A stretch of 64,000 nt of DNA from Podarcis liolepis (lineage: Eukaryota). Below are positions 13,628 to 25,818 of the stretch, in pieces (within the stretch, counting starts at the first letter, position 1; each line of letters begins with the position of its first letter). The stretch lies in assembly GCA_965112155.1 (NCBI GenBank), contig OZ218107.1, one strand, 5' to 3'. The notes under the pieces were generated by a model. That model made no database searches. It was not told where the DNA came from and saw nothing but the letters and a program-made list of their open reading frames with translations. A program made the position numbers and the translations under genes.

Positions 13628-13742
13628 TCAGTGACCACTAATTAGTCAGATGTCCAAACTAAAACCATGTCTTTTTAAAAAACTTTTTTTCAACAGAGAA
13701 CACCATCATAAAGAAAACACAGTTATATTACCCTTTGAGAAA

Positions 13743-13920
13743 AGAGCTACACCTCAATGACAGAGCACATATTTTGCAAGCAGAAGATCCCAAATTCAAT
13801 CTGCAGTTAACTGGAAAAGTATCAGGCGATGTGAAATACATCTGCTGGAGACCCTGGTGAGCAGCTGGAAGTCAGAGTATTACACTCCAGGCCAGACAGT
13901 CTAATGTTCTAACTCAGCTT
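13743..13920 (+). mobile_element. Degenerate tRNA-derived squamate SINE
   Basis: tRNA-like head CCTCAATGACAGAGCACATATTTTGCAAGCAGAAGATCCCAAATTCAATC and body GAGACCCTGGTGAGCAGCTGGAAGTCAGAGT, resembling a common squamate SINE. Confidence 0.6.
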
Positions 13921-15450
13921 CGATATAACCAAAATGTATCTTATATATAAGTCATTGCTTCCGGTGCACCCATATTGTATATTCTGCATTGGCTTTGGCT
14001 ATATATTATAGCATATGAAGGCAAACTAGCCCCCAAATCTAGGAGCAGCTATGCCAATCCATAGAGTGGCCCTCCCACAGAAATATGAGAACAGCGACAT
14101 GATGCTACATCAGAAGTCTTGTAAAAAAATGCACACTGCATAAGTATTGTGTCAGTGGCCAGAGGGTGCCTCACACCATTCATCTCCCCAACCTCACAGC
14201 TTACTGGACTCAAGTCAAGTCATTGCTGGCTCTGGAAAAAAGGGAGTGTGATTATTCCCCCCCCCTCCCCAATGTTGAAGTGGGAAACCCACCTGCTTAT
14301 GGAAGGGATAATGTCCAGGGAAACTGGCCAACATATGCTGCAATACTATCCAAATTATAAACTTTAGGCCATACTTCTAATTCAGGGGGGAAGGAATACC
14401 TGGTATTTACATTGCAGATATCTCGAGCGACAATCCGATTGTTCTCACTTTAAAACTAATTGCCATTTCCTTGTGAAGCAATCAAACAAAGAAACAAAAA
14501 ACCACCACCCTAATAATTTAAAACTAGATACACATGACTCAGGCTGGTCAATAAATAAAAACTTTTTGGAATGAGTCAGGGTATATTTCTTTAAAGATCA
14601 AAGTAGGGAATGCTACCTTCATCAGGCTAGTCCTGTACTCTACAGTCTAATATATACTTAAGGTTTTTTTAACCCATTTTAGAATCTGGTTTCAATAGAT
14701 TCACAACTGAATGTTTTTATAACATTTAAAGTGACAAGCCAATAAAAATATCTGGCAACTCAGTTTCTGCTGCAGTGGAACATAAGGAACCGAAATTAAG
14801 GGAGATGAAGTATTCTAACCCAACTTTCTACCAGCTTTGAAAATAAAACTGATCTCCAAGAGAAAAACCTAGAGAACTCCTATTTTGTTGTGGACTTGCT
14901 AATAGAAAATAATAGCATGGACATATTTCAAACGATATTGGGCGATAGTGGAAATATTGGTGTTGGGTGCGAGAACAAGGCATATGATTCAAGTGTTTAA
15001 AAAGACACTACTGTATTGAATTCCTAAGCAAATACTACAAGTAGTAGCACAAAAAGCAGAATAAAAATGCAGATTTGGTATAAACATGTTTAGATTAAAC
15101 TGATGCAGTTCATAAATGGTATCAACAGTAAAGTGGATTCTTAAATTATCTAGGATTTACTAAGATCATTGTTTGCACTAATTACATGCCATTGTTGTCT
15201 GCATCACAGCTTTGGCTGAAATATTACACTCACTTAATACGGGTAACTCACAACTTACGTGCATTAAAAATAAATTAAGGGGGCGGAAAGTGACCAGATT
15301 CCAGAAAAAAAATGAAAATGATAATTCCACTCACCACTGAACCCAATGTGTTTTAACTATATGTGATTTTAGCTTATGTTCCCCAGAATGTAATTCCTGC
15401 ATAAGTTAAGAGTCGCCTGTATATACGTAATAGTTAGAGATAAGGTTAAA

Positions 15451-15527
15451 ATGGGGGTAGTCAGTGTGCGTTTGGCTGAAGAAAAGCTGCAAGGTCTTTA
15501 AAGGAAACACACACTGACTACCCCCAT
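15451..15527. repeat. Inverted repeat: 23-bp arms, 31-nt spacer
   Basis: ATGGGGGTAGTCAGTGTGCGTTT (15451-15473) and AAACACACACTGACTACCCCCAT (15505-15527) are reverse complements at 22/23 positions. Confidence 0.95.
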
Positions 15528-16333
15528 CAAGATTTCTTGCTACACTGAAATTCAGTTAATAATATTAACAATTACAATTTCCAGCAGATAATGATGAGAA
15601 AGCACGTTATCTTCACTCCATAAAACCAGTTTCCTGATATAGTCTCTCGACTGAGTTCATGCCTAAGGAAGACTTTCTTTTTAAGTCTGAGGACGTAAAA
15701 AAAAACAAAAACCCAACATACCGCAAAACTATTTTTTGACATTGAATAAATACATGATGTTTAATCAAGAAATAGATACATTTGGACAGCTGCTGTGAAG
15801 ACAAAATGTAGCAGCAGCTAAAATTTAACTAAGCAGTTGCCCATTACATGACTGCTACAGCATGCCAGACTTTGATTTATGTTTCCACATCTTTTGACAA
15901 GTGTTTTTGTTTTCTTAATATCTTAAGTGTATGCAAGTAGCTGGTCATAGCATGCAAAGGCAAGCATAATGAACTGCTTGAATACAAAAATTCAGTAAAT
16001 AATAATGATAAGAGTGGAGATTTTTGTTTGTTTCTGCATAGAATAGTTTATTTTCCAAGTATCTTTTCCATTTGACAAACACATTCTTACATGGAATATA
16101 TGTTCTATAGCTTCATACTGTAGTATTTTACAGTCCTTTTCATCATCAAGACAATGTGTTTTGGGGAAATTTGGGGCAGGAAATGCTATCCGCTCCCCCC
16201 CCCCAGCTGGAGCTATCACCAGGTTTTATTAGTCCAATGTGGCGTTTCATTTGGTGGCCTGTTTCTTTTCACACATATACTGGCACTCACTTCAAGGTCT
16301 TACTCTGAAGGGAGATCCTTAAAAGGTTTGCCA

Positions 16334-16445
16334 GGTTCCCTGTCACCTCACTTCTCTCAATGAGGGAACCATCAGAAGGCCCTTGGAGCTAAACCTCAGT
16401 GTCCGGGCTAAACAATGGGGGTGGAGACGCTCCTTCAGGTGTACT
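16334..16445 (-). mobile_element. L2 LINE fragment
   Basis: Minus-strand peptide VHLKERLHPHCLARTLRFSSKGLLMVPSLREVR is homologous to the L2 ORF2 piece at 12831-13265. Confidence 0.85.
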
Positions 16446-19093
16446 TCAGGTATATATGCATAAGCGAAGAGGGGTGTAAAATGGCAAAAATCCTCATTTA
16501 AAAAATGGTTGCACAGGGAACTATTATACTGACTGTGCACAGGAATAACATTTAAAAAGGGTTTTCATGGCTAACTTATTTCCCTGAACCCCAAAGCCAG
16601 TGTCTGACCAAAGCATAACAGAACCAGTCACGACCATATATGAAGAATTACATGCGTATGTGGTTCATAAGAACCTGAAGAAGGTGACTAGGAGAATGAA
16701 AAGCTACATTTGCTAGATTGCAAATATGGAAAAATTACCATGTGGAAGAATGTCAATAACAATTCAGTTTGACGAAGGTCTTTTGCACCAAAGGGTTATT
16801 ATATATTATGTCACTAACTTGGGTATACATCTTGCCAATCATTTCATTCATGACAAGAATAGACCTGAAACATGTATCATTAATTTATAACATATAATTT
16901 GTAAGATGTGTGCTTTCAGGAACCATTCAAGAAACAGACAAAAGCAGTACTGTTTGAAGCACAGACAAAAACACTCCTCAATCAAGAAGACTGAAACCAG
17001 TGAAATAGAATAGCTGTTTAAACACATGGATCCCAGCAACTGGGGCCATAGTACCCAAGTGTAAAAGATAAGGCCATGTTTCCTTATGAAGCAAAACAAA
17101 CCACAGCATGTATAACCCAAAATAGCTGCTTGCTGACTGTGGTTTGGGGGATAAAATAATCAGTACAATCAGAGGCCTCTTATACTTATTGGACATCAGT
17201 GGAAAAATTAGAGCCGAACAAAGTGTCTTGTATGTGCGCTTAGCATTTCATTTTTATTTATAGTCTTAAAATGGGGCAATGAAAAAGGAAACGATACCAT
17301 ATGTGCATTATTAACATCAACATAAAACTTCACCAAAGACTACTTTTAAGTTAGGAGGGGTTGTACAAGCTCTGTCTCTGAAAAGCCACAAAACACAAGC
17401 TGGACGAAAAAGTTTTGTGTTTATTTTATTTTTGCATTGCCAACATGATCGTTGTTCAGCTTACGGGTAGTGTTCTGATTTGGAGAGTTGACAGCACAAC
17501 CAAGATAACAGAACCAGTATCCTTCAAGGCTCTTCTTGAAAAGAATCTTGAATAACTTAAGTTTGGTTATTTTCAAAGTATGTTTCTAACCTTCAGTCTT
17601 GCAAAGTAGTTTAAACATGTGGTGGCAAAATAGTATACCTTCAGCTACTGTTGCAATGTGAGCCTGCAGGCATACATTTCATAGCAAAGAGCAAACAAAT
17701 TCACATCTGAGGTCCTGTAAAACTTGGGCTGCTGCTGGGGCTTACACACCCTGAAGGACTCCCCAGCACTGATGCCTATCCTGTCTGTTCCATCCTTTGG
17801 TGGGTGCTGCTGACTGGACACTTTCACTACCAATGGTCTGGTCCCCAGGCACCCTATTTGATGACACAGGCACTGTGCAGTGCTTTCTTTATTAAACTGT
17901 TGTGGCTTCCTAGGATTTAGAAGATTTTAAGAAAACATTCATGTGATTAATTGGCTCTCTTTAATATCATAACTAAAATAGGCAGAACCCTCTAAAGAAG
18001 GGGTTGGAAAGGTCAGAAAAGTACTGATAGAATGGCTACTTGCATGTGATTAAGGGTGATGAGACCTCAAAGATTCTCCATCATGGTCATTTGGGTAGCA
18101 ATGGTGCATTAACATGCTCTTTGCAGCTCATTGGTTAGATACTTTACAATGGGACATTGAGGTCAGTCCAGTGAAATGAAAGCTTCCCTGCACTACACAC
18201 TTTGTGGTCTTAGGTTGGGCTCATACTTTAAACATAGCTCCATTCTGCAATTCCGTATATAAAGTACGCTGCAGTCATGGTTATCCCAATGCAATCATGC
18301 CTTCTTATTCATCTGGGTCTGGAAGCAATTAATATATCATTGTTGCAAACTGATTCATTTTATTCATTTCCCACTCAAAATGCACTGAGGTGCAGTGATT
18401 AAAGCAAATAACCTAAAGATGTAGACACAACAGCAGCTAAAGTCAATGAGGGGAAAATGACAACGTTAATAACATCAGGAGAAACACCAACACTGTTTCA
18501 GAACTGACACAGAAGAAACTCACATGTCTTAAAGTATTAAAGCTGCTGGAATGTGGAGAATTATTAAAACTGCACCAAACACAGAAAAGCCTTTACAACT
18601 TTCATAGCTGAACTGATCAGAAGAAATAGAAAAATGACAGTTCTAACCAAACTCCAAGACTACAGTGCCAAAGAAAAGACTGCTAACATTGCTAAACTGT
18701 GGAGACTTATCAAGAGATATTATCTAATGTCTGAGTTTTCTTTTTAGTTTCCTCAACAAATCCACTTGCCTGTAACAAAGTTCCCTATAGAACAGGAGCT
18801 TTGGAAGGGATGAACTGGAAATTAAGAATATATGGAATTACAGGTTGAATGTATGCAGAGATAAGAAACATGAGAATCCTATTGAGACAGCATATGAGAG
18901 ACAAAGGCGTAGAATAACAGGACAAGATGCCAAAAACCATTAGAAATAAAAACAAAGAAACAGATAACATTTTTCCAATAAATAGAAAGAGGCATTAATG
19001 TCAAGTCAATTCATAACTGGGACACATTTGCCATGAAGAGCCTAAGTCACTATTTGAGCTTTCAAATGGAGCTGAAACAAAAGTGATTTATAA

Positions 19094-19149
19094 TGCAATC
19101 CTATACATGTCTACTCAGAATGAAGTCTAAATGAGTTCTATAGGGCTTT
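19094..19149. mobile_element. Partial copy of a short palindromic squamate repeat (MITE-like)
   Basis: TGCAATCCTATACATGTCTACTCAGAA matches the reconstructed host element at 28097-28900 at 24/27 positions. Confidence 0.6.
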
Positions 19150-20668
19150 AGTCTGCTACTCTGAAGTATGAACCTAGATTTCCCTGATTGGAATCTTAGC
19201 TTAATTTTGTAAGTTCTCTGGGTGGTCATTATTTTAAACTTACTTCCCCATAGGACACAACAATACAGGCTTAACTCACAGGAATGTTCTAAGGACTCCA
19301 GAAATAATATGAGCAAAATGCTCCAGGCATTTAGGAAATTTTTTTATAGAGATTCCAAATATTGCTACTATTACACAGGTCATATCTTGGCTCCCACAAC
19401 AGAAAGGTCTATACTAGTGCCCAAATTATTTCAAAATTAATTACTTTTTATTTAGCATTAGAAGTGTTTCATTGGTCTTTTCTGACCAAGTAACTTTTCC
19501 AGTTACAAATCATTGGGGTTATGTGCGGGGCCTAACATTGGTCTTATCACCTTGTAAAATTTAGTAATATCTGTAAGATGGCTACAGTAGTGAAGCAAGT
19601 TGACAATGCTTGCTACCACAAAGCAGAGCTACTTAACATTAATGAATGTATATAAACACTGAAATAAATATTGAGCAAATATTGAATAATCCCCTCATCA
19701 ATCTACACTGGCCCTAGTTAGTTTCCTCTTTTGCCATGTCAAAGAACACTTGAGCACTGGGAGAGCTGTCTTTTTCTTTTGTAAAGGACATTTAAAGAAC
19801 AAGACCAAAAGTATTAGTAGACAATGCAAGCATCCATTCAGAGTTTTTCTCCTGGTCTTGAGAAAGTAAAATGCTATTAATGTAAGAAAGAATGAAGAAA
19901 ATCTTATAGAAGCTGTGCACTGGAAGTGAGGGGGGGCCGGGGACAGAGAATGCAACCATCTTCCAGAAACATATTATTGAATGATGAACTGCCATTTCTT
20001 CCAAGAACTCAAATTCATACACATATATTGCTCCCATTACAGCATTTATCTTCCATGAAGAAAAGAAACTGGAAAAACCTCAAACATGAAAGGAGCTATC
20101 TTCTTTGCTAGGGCTACATTTCAGGGTTTGTTTAATTGCCTGGGGGAAAACAGATGTTTATATTATATAGGATGCTTCATGGTAGGTAGGAAAAAGCAAC
20201 ACGAACTACTGCTTCCCTGGATTCTGTTGACTGGTATATGCTTTTAAAACTTTTTAAAATTGTTCTGTACAGTTTCACGTATGAACCATACATAAACGTG
20301 ACTACTATGACTAAACCATACAATCTAGTTTCTTTTATTTTAAGATTCCAAAGCTCAATAGATACTGGCAGACTTGTTGCGCTCTTGATTTGACAAAGAA
20401 TCGTAGAATTTCTCTGGACAAATTGACACTAGTAATTGGGCAACTGGGAATTTGGAAGTCCACCATCTCATCGAATTCCAAATCCACCCCTTCCCCCAAA
20501 TTTCTTTGGAACTGACCAGTCTCTGCTATGGTTCTTATGAGGTGTGCTGTCCACCATGCCCTTATGCTTTGCTCAACGTACAGGATGTGGCGGGATGGGT
20601 ACCTGGTGAATGCTGTAGCCGGGATTGAGGGCACAGATGCTGCAATGGCAGGATCATACAAGGAAATT

Positions 20669-20761
20669 AAGAATCACTGGAAATGCAGCTCCCACGTTCA
20701 TGGTTCACTGCAATGTCCACAAATGCTGGAACCATGAGAACTACATTTCCCATGATGTCTT
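20669..20761. mobile_element. Degenerate palindromic MITE
   Basis: Imperfect inverted arms AAGAATCACTGGAAATGCAGCTC and GAACTACATTTCCCATGATGTCTT. Confidence 0.45.
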
Positions 20762-21097
20762 GCAGCCAGGACTGTTTTAGACAAGCATGGTTTTAACCCA
20801 GGGTGTGAATCCCTGCCATAATATCCCTACAGTCCTCTTCATTACCTCCCATGCCACAGAGAGTAGAGCAGGAAGGAGTCTAGCATCACTCTGATATGGC
20901 CTGAGTGTCCAATCTGCTCTCAAATTAAATATGAGCTGATTCATTTTCAGATGAATTTCTGGAGCAACATTGAGTGCTTGTAAATGACATTGCTTCTAAG
21001 CAGCAATTTTGAAAACAAGAGTGGCTGCAGTTGAAAAAAATGGATACCTACTAAACTCAACCAGGAACTTTCCTGGCAAATGTCAATCTTGTTACTA

Positions 21098-21339
21098 CAG
21101 TGGTACCTCGGGTTAAGTACTTAATTCGTTCTGGAGGTCCGTACTTAACCTGAAGCTGTTCTTTACCTGAAGCACCACTTTAGCTAATGGGGCCTCCTGC
21201 TGCCGCCGCACCACCGGAGCATGATTTCTGTTCTCATCCTGAAGCAAAGTTCTTAACCTGAGGTAATATTTCTGGGTTAGTGGAGTCTGTAACCTGAAGC
21301 GTATGTAACCTGAAGCGTATGTAACCCAAGGTACCACTG
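21098..21339. mobile_element. Tc1/mariner (Tigger/pogo-like) MITE, 242 bp
   Basis: TIRs CAGTGGTACCTCGGGTTA and TAACCCAAGGTACCACTG, TA TSD on both sides, repeated internal TAACCTGAAG motif. Second copy at 63461-63702. Confidence 0.95.
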
Positions 21340-23819
21340 TATTAAGTATATGCAGAGGATGTACTAATATGTATTATATATCCTCAAAGCTGAATCAGTA
21401 TTCTGATTGACAGCTCCGGGCAATTATGAGAAATGCTAATTGTTTTAGAAATGTTTACATCTGTTGATCTCTTAATCCGGAACATCTATATGAAGAGCAA
21501 AAATTAAGATTTCCAGTGCCTGCTGGTTCGCAAAAGCCACACCTTAGCCTAATCTTTAGTTAATATTTTCATTTGGGCAAATTCTGCATATGCATGTAAT
21601 TGTAGCGCCACAGTACATCAACATGAATAAACATATTCCACACTTACTGAATCGGAATTTTTTATCACGTTAACCTAGTTAAGACACTATAAAACAGATT
21701 GTTAACTAAGATTGCATCTTAATGTAGGGCTGAGCAAACGGCTTTCCAGTAAACATTTTCAGCATAAAACATAGAGGGAGCGTTTAGGAGAATTAAAAGG
21801 ATTCCTGAAATAGAAATGTATCTTTTTAAGGCAGGCTTACTGGTCTCACAGACCTGATCAGCTACAGCTGATATGGTGGCATACAGTAGTGACAAAGCCA
21901 GTCAGATTTGGCCACATGATATTAAGTAAAGCAAATAAAGCTAGGGGTGATAAATTCAGAAAGATGATAATTTCTATATGGGAAGTGCCACCCTTTCTCT
22001 GAACTAGCCCTCAGGAACAATGTTGATTGGCTGAGTGGTCACGTAACTGTTACTAGCACGAATGAGAGCTATTTTCCAAGCAACAAAATAGCATGGCAGG
22101 TCCTATGGTGTCCACAATGAAGCAGTGCTGCTATTGCTTGATTACCATGTACAGGGAACTCTAGGCATTTGAATGTGCATCAGAGTTGCACACTTTACTT
22201 ATCTCTTCAGCATTTACTTGGGCAAAAAGTTTGGTGAGAAAAGATGTCTGGGAGAAATTGGGCACATTTTTCCGGAGCAGAAAACATTCATAAAATACTG
22301 ATTCAGCTGAAATGCTCAAATGAGGCCCCTAGACATATGTGGAAGACAATGAAATGACAACAATAAAAGCTGGCACAGAAGGCAAGAACTGTAGCCAATG
22401 AGCAGGATCAAAGGTAGAATGCTATCATATAATGTTGCTTAATCTAGATTTTAGAGAGGACCATTTTATCCATCAACAACAAACCTAAATCCCAGTGAAA
22501 ATGGAAGATTTGTTGCTGATTATTTGAACTGAGTAAGGGAAATTCAACTTTAACCTAACTTCTCAAATTACTATATATCCATCAAATGCTAATCTCATAA
22601 TAACAGTAGTCAGAAGCAACCATAAATTAAAATAAAAACCTAGCATAATCTACTACTTTGTGTGGAGATTTCCTGGAAGAATCCAACTCAATTTGATGAC
22701 CTTTGTCCAAACTTCACCCAGGCTCAGCTTCTATTCATGCTAGTAGTAATTTTGCTTTGTCAGAAGTTTATCCTTGGTTACCATCAACATCCCATCCAAT
22801 GGCAGCAGCTTTTTTATATAAAATAAATCATACAAGGAACTAAAATGAGAATGTGACATTTTTGGAAAGCTAGAGCAAGCAGAAGAAAATTGTCCGCAAC
22901 TCAGAATACTTAAGAAGAAATTCTCTAAAAGCCAGTTTGTTATTTAGATTTACATTTATATTTAAATCCATATACAGTGGATGCGATATCAATTAACAGA
23001 TTTTAAAAATGGCGCCAACCCGGAATTAAATGTATTTGAATCAGAGATAGTTCTCACTTTATTAAACAACTAAGTCCAGATGACTAAATAATCTTAAAGC
23101 ACTGTAAATGTAGACTAAAATCCTCACAAAAAACAGGTATACAAGTCTAGGGAGAGCATCAAGGATGAGGTTCCCTTTAACTTTCTCAGTAATAACTACC
23201 TTATTACTTGCATTGTTATTAAGATGTGTATGTATCAGTTACTTGGCTTCATTGCAATAATATGTTTTTTTGAGAAGTATAGAAGATATTGAAATAGTCA
23301 GGTGCACCTGGCTTTTGTGAATTACTGGCTGACCCAGTATGGGAGCAGCCTGTACCCGGTCAGCCAGCAAGGCACTGCCCACAGGCAAGGGCCTCTTATT
23401 GGCCCATTAAAACTTTGCTTTATGAGAGAAGGTAATATGAAAATATTGAAAACTTTAGCTTTTGAGCCTAATGAAATATTTTTATTTTTATTATAAAGTT
23501 GAGGTTGATTTGTGGTCCTTAGATACCCATATTGCATTTACACAGGGTCATCTATTTTCAACTGCAGGTCCTTCTCACAGGTAAGTTTAAGACCTTTTAA
23601 TAGACCCATAGAAGTATCAAGAAGTTCCTTATGAATAACAAATACCAGTCTTCTGCCCAATGACCCAGAAGCAATAAAATCACTCCAAATTTAGTAAGGG
23701 GTCTAGCAGCTAGTACCTTTCAGTCAATAAATGTTGGAACTGGCAAATACACATCCAATTAAACTCTGGCACTTCTACAGATAGCCTGACCTGCTCAGTA
23801 CAAATTGGAGTATCATTGT

Positions 23820-23955
23820 CAGTGCTATTTCTCAAGAAAAATAGGTGCCAGAACTCACCATGAACACCTCCCTTGTTCTCTTATAATAGCAAAGGTGCTC
23901 ACCCGAGAGGTGCTGGAACTGAAATCTGGTGAGTTCTAGCTAAATAAAAGCCTTG
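23820..23955. mobile_element. hAT MITE (~136 bp)
   Basis: Termini CAGTGCTATTT...AAAAGCCTTG; 8-bp TSD ATCATTGT/GTCATTGT (7/8). Inverted homolog at 40437-40578. Confidence 0.85.
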
Positions 23956-25719
23956 GTCATTGTTATAAAAGTCATAAAACCTGAGTTGTTGAGGTGATTT
24001 GTGATACTTTGGTTGGTCATAATAAAGGTGTTGTCCAACTCTGGATTTGGGATATATATTTTTCTTATGAGCAAACACAGCTACCTTGGCTTTTTCGGAA
24101 GAAAATTCTCTGAATAGTTTCTACAGAAAAGTTTATCCACTGAACAACAGCTCAGGGGAGAAAAGACTTTCAAGTGGGAAATTCAGGTAGAGCCAAGTAT
24201 AATTTACCACTACGCTGGAATCTCACTAAAGCACCAAAGTCCTTTCCATGGGACTCAAACCGCAACACATCACAGGCAGAGGAGTAGCCGGTTAGTTTTA
24301 GTGTCGTAAGGGAAGCTGTTTCATGTTTTACACCAGAGGGAAGCACTCTGCCAAGTTTAAATTAAGAACAAAAGTCAAAGTTATATAGTGCATCAGTTTG
24401 TGGATTTGGCAACAGTGGAAAAAAAGATAGCCTCAAAGCAAACTCATACCTTTCATAGAAACCAAATATTGACCACAATTGGCACACAGAAAACTGCATG
24501 GACAAACAAAACTGCTGGAAAAACAAATCAAAATTATATAGGAAGCTGACACCCATTCTTTATAGTGGAAATGCAAAGAGAAAATGACTCATAGATTTTG
24601 TATTTTTGGACAAGATAAGCTTGTGTGTCTGCCGGCAATGTATGATTTAATTCGCAATGAAACATGTAATAGTTCCAATATTCTTCCTCAAACTTGAACT
24701 AAGTAACCAAGCATGAGGACAATTTAAAATAATGGTTGTCATAGAACAGAAGACAATTTTAAATCACTGATCTTGTGGTACAGAAGATGACTAATTTGAA
24801 TGCTGAGAAAAAGCATTTTCAACAATTAATTGCATTGAGAGATTAGAGGTCAGATATGAAAAGTATATTTCTAATTAGCTCAGAATTCATCAGATATGTG
24901 CTTATTTAAGAAATTGATTTCACACAGAATGACATTAGTATAACTTAATTTTGTCTATTATTTAATCCCCTTCCTTCACCTTCCCCATATTAAATTTATC
25001 CAATAAATATACCACATTTAATGCTAAATGTGACAAATAATTTATCTAAGTTACAAGGTGCAAAGAACTGAACAATAAACCTATATTAACATTGGAATCA
25101 TGGGGTTGTAATCCAGCTAAATAACTGCATGTATGGCGCAACGTCTGCAAATGTGTGTGCAATGAAACTTTGCTTCCCTCTACTTGCCCATGCACCCCCA
25201 ATCCTCCAGAGCAGATGTGGGGTGGTGCAGGGGGCACACATGTGGGGCATGAGGGAAAAGAGGTTCCTTTGCTGTCACAGAAGTCATTCTGCACATACAT
25301 TGATTCAGCTGGATTTAAATGGTGCACTTAAATCAGACATGACCCCATTTCATACATGCAAGATTCACATGGATTCACTCATAATCCAGCCATGAGTGGA
25401 GTTTAATTGAAAGGGAACTATGTGAATTGTCACTCATATTTTGGGTAGATTTTAATGCCAGTACAACTTTCCCCTTGACCATACCCACCAATAAGTAGCT
25501 GTGCTGATGTAGTTAAAAATGGACCAAATAACTTAGGCAACCATAAAGATAGCTTGTCAGATGGAACCCTGTTCCATGTGGTGGCTGCATGTATGAAACA
25601 AAACTTATATTTACAGAATTTGAATAGCATTCTACAAAAAAAAAAAAATACTGTTAGATTTCAAAGCCACTGCAAGCATTTTTAAGCATTTCACCTTTTA
25701 AAACTAAGTTCACCCACTG

Positions 25720-25818
25720 CTTGTGGGATTACCATAGATCTCTGGTTGGCCACTGGGGGGGGGGACAGGATGCTGAACTAGACTGGCCTTTGGTTTCATC
25801 CAGCAAGACTCTTATGTT
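25720..25818 (+). mobile_element. CR1 LINE 3' terminal fragment
   Basis: TCTGGTTGGCCACTG...ACAGGATGCTGAACTAGACTGGCCTTTGGTTTCATCCAGCAAGACTCTTATGTTC, typical of a squamate CR1 3' end. Confidence 0.75.

Noticed and set aside
20669-20730. In-frame CGHC (CxxC) upstream of the 20335-20661 ORF as support for a transposase
   Set aside because: Separated by two stop codons and located inside a palindromic MITE, so probably coincidental.
23568-23580. 13-nt plus-strand microexon before a perfect CAG|GTAAGT donor
   Set aside because: Several alternative acceptors, frame-shifting length, and no further support.
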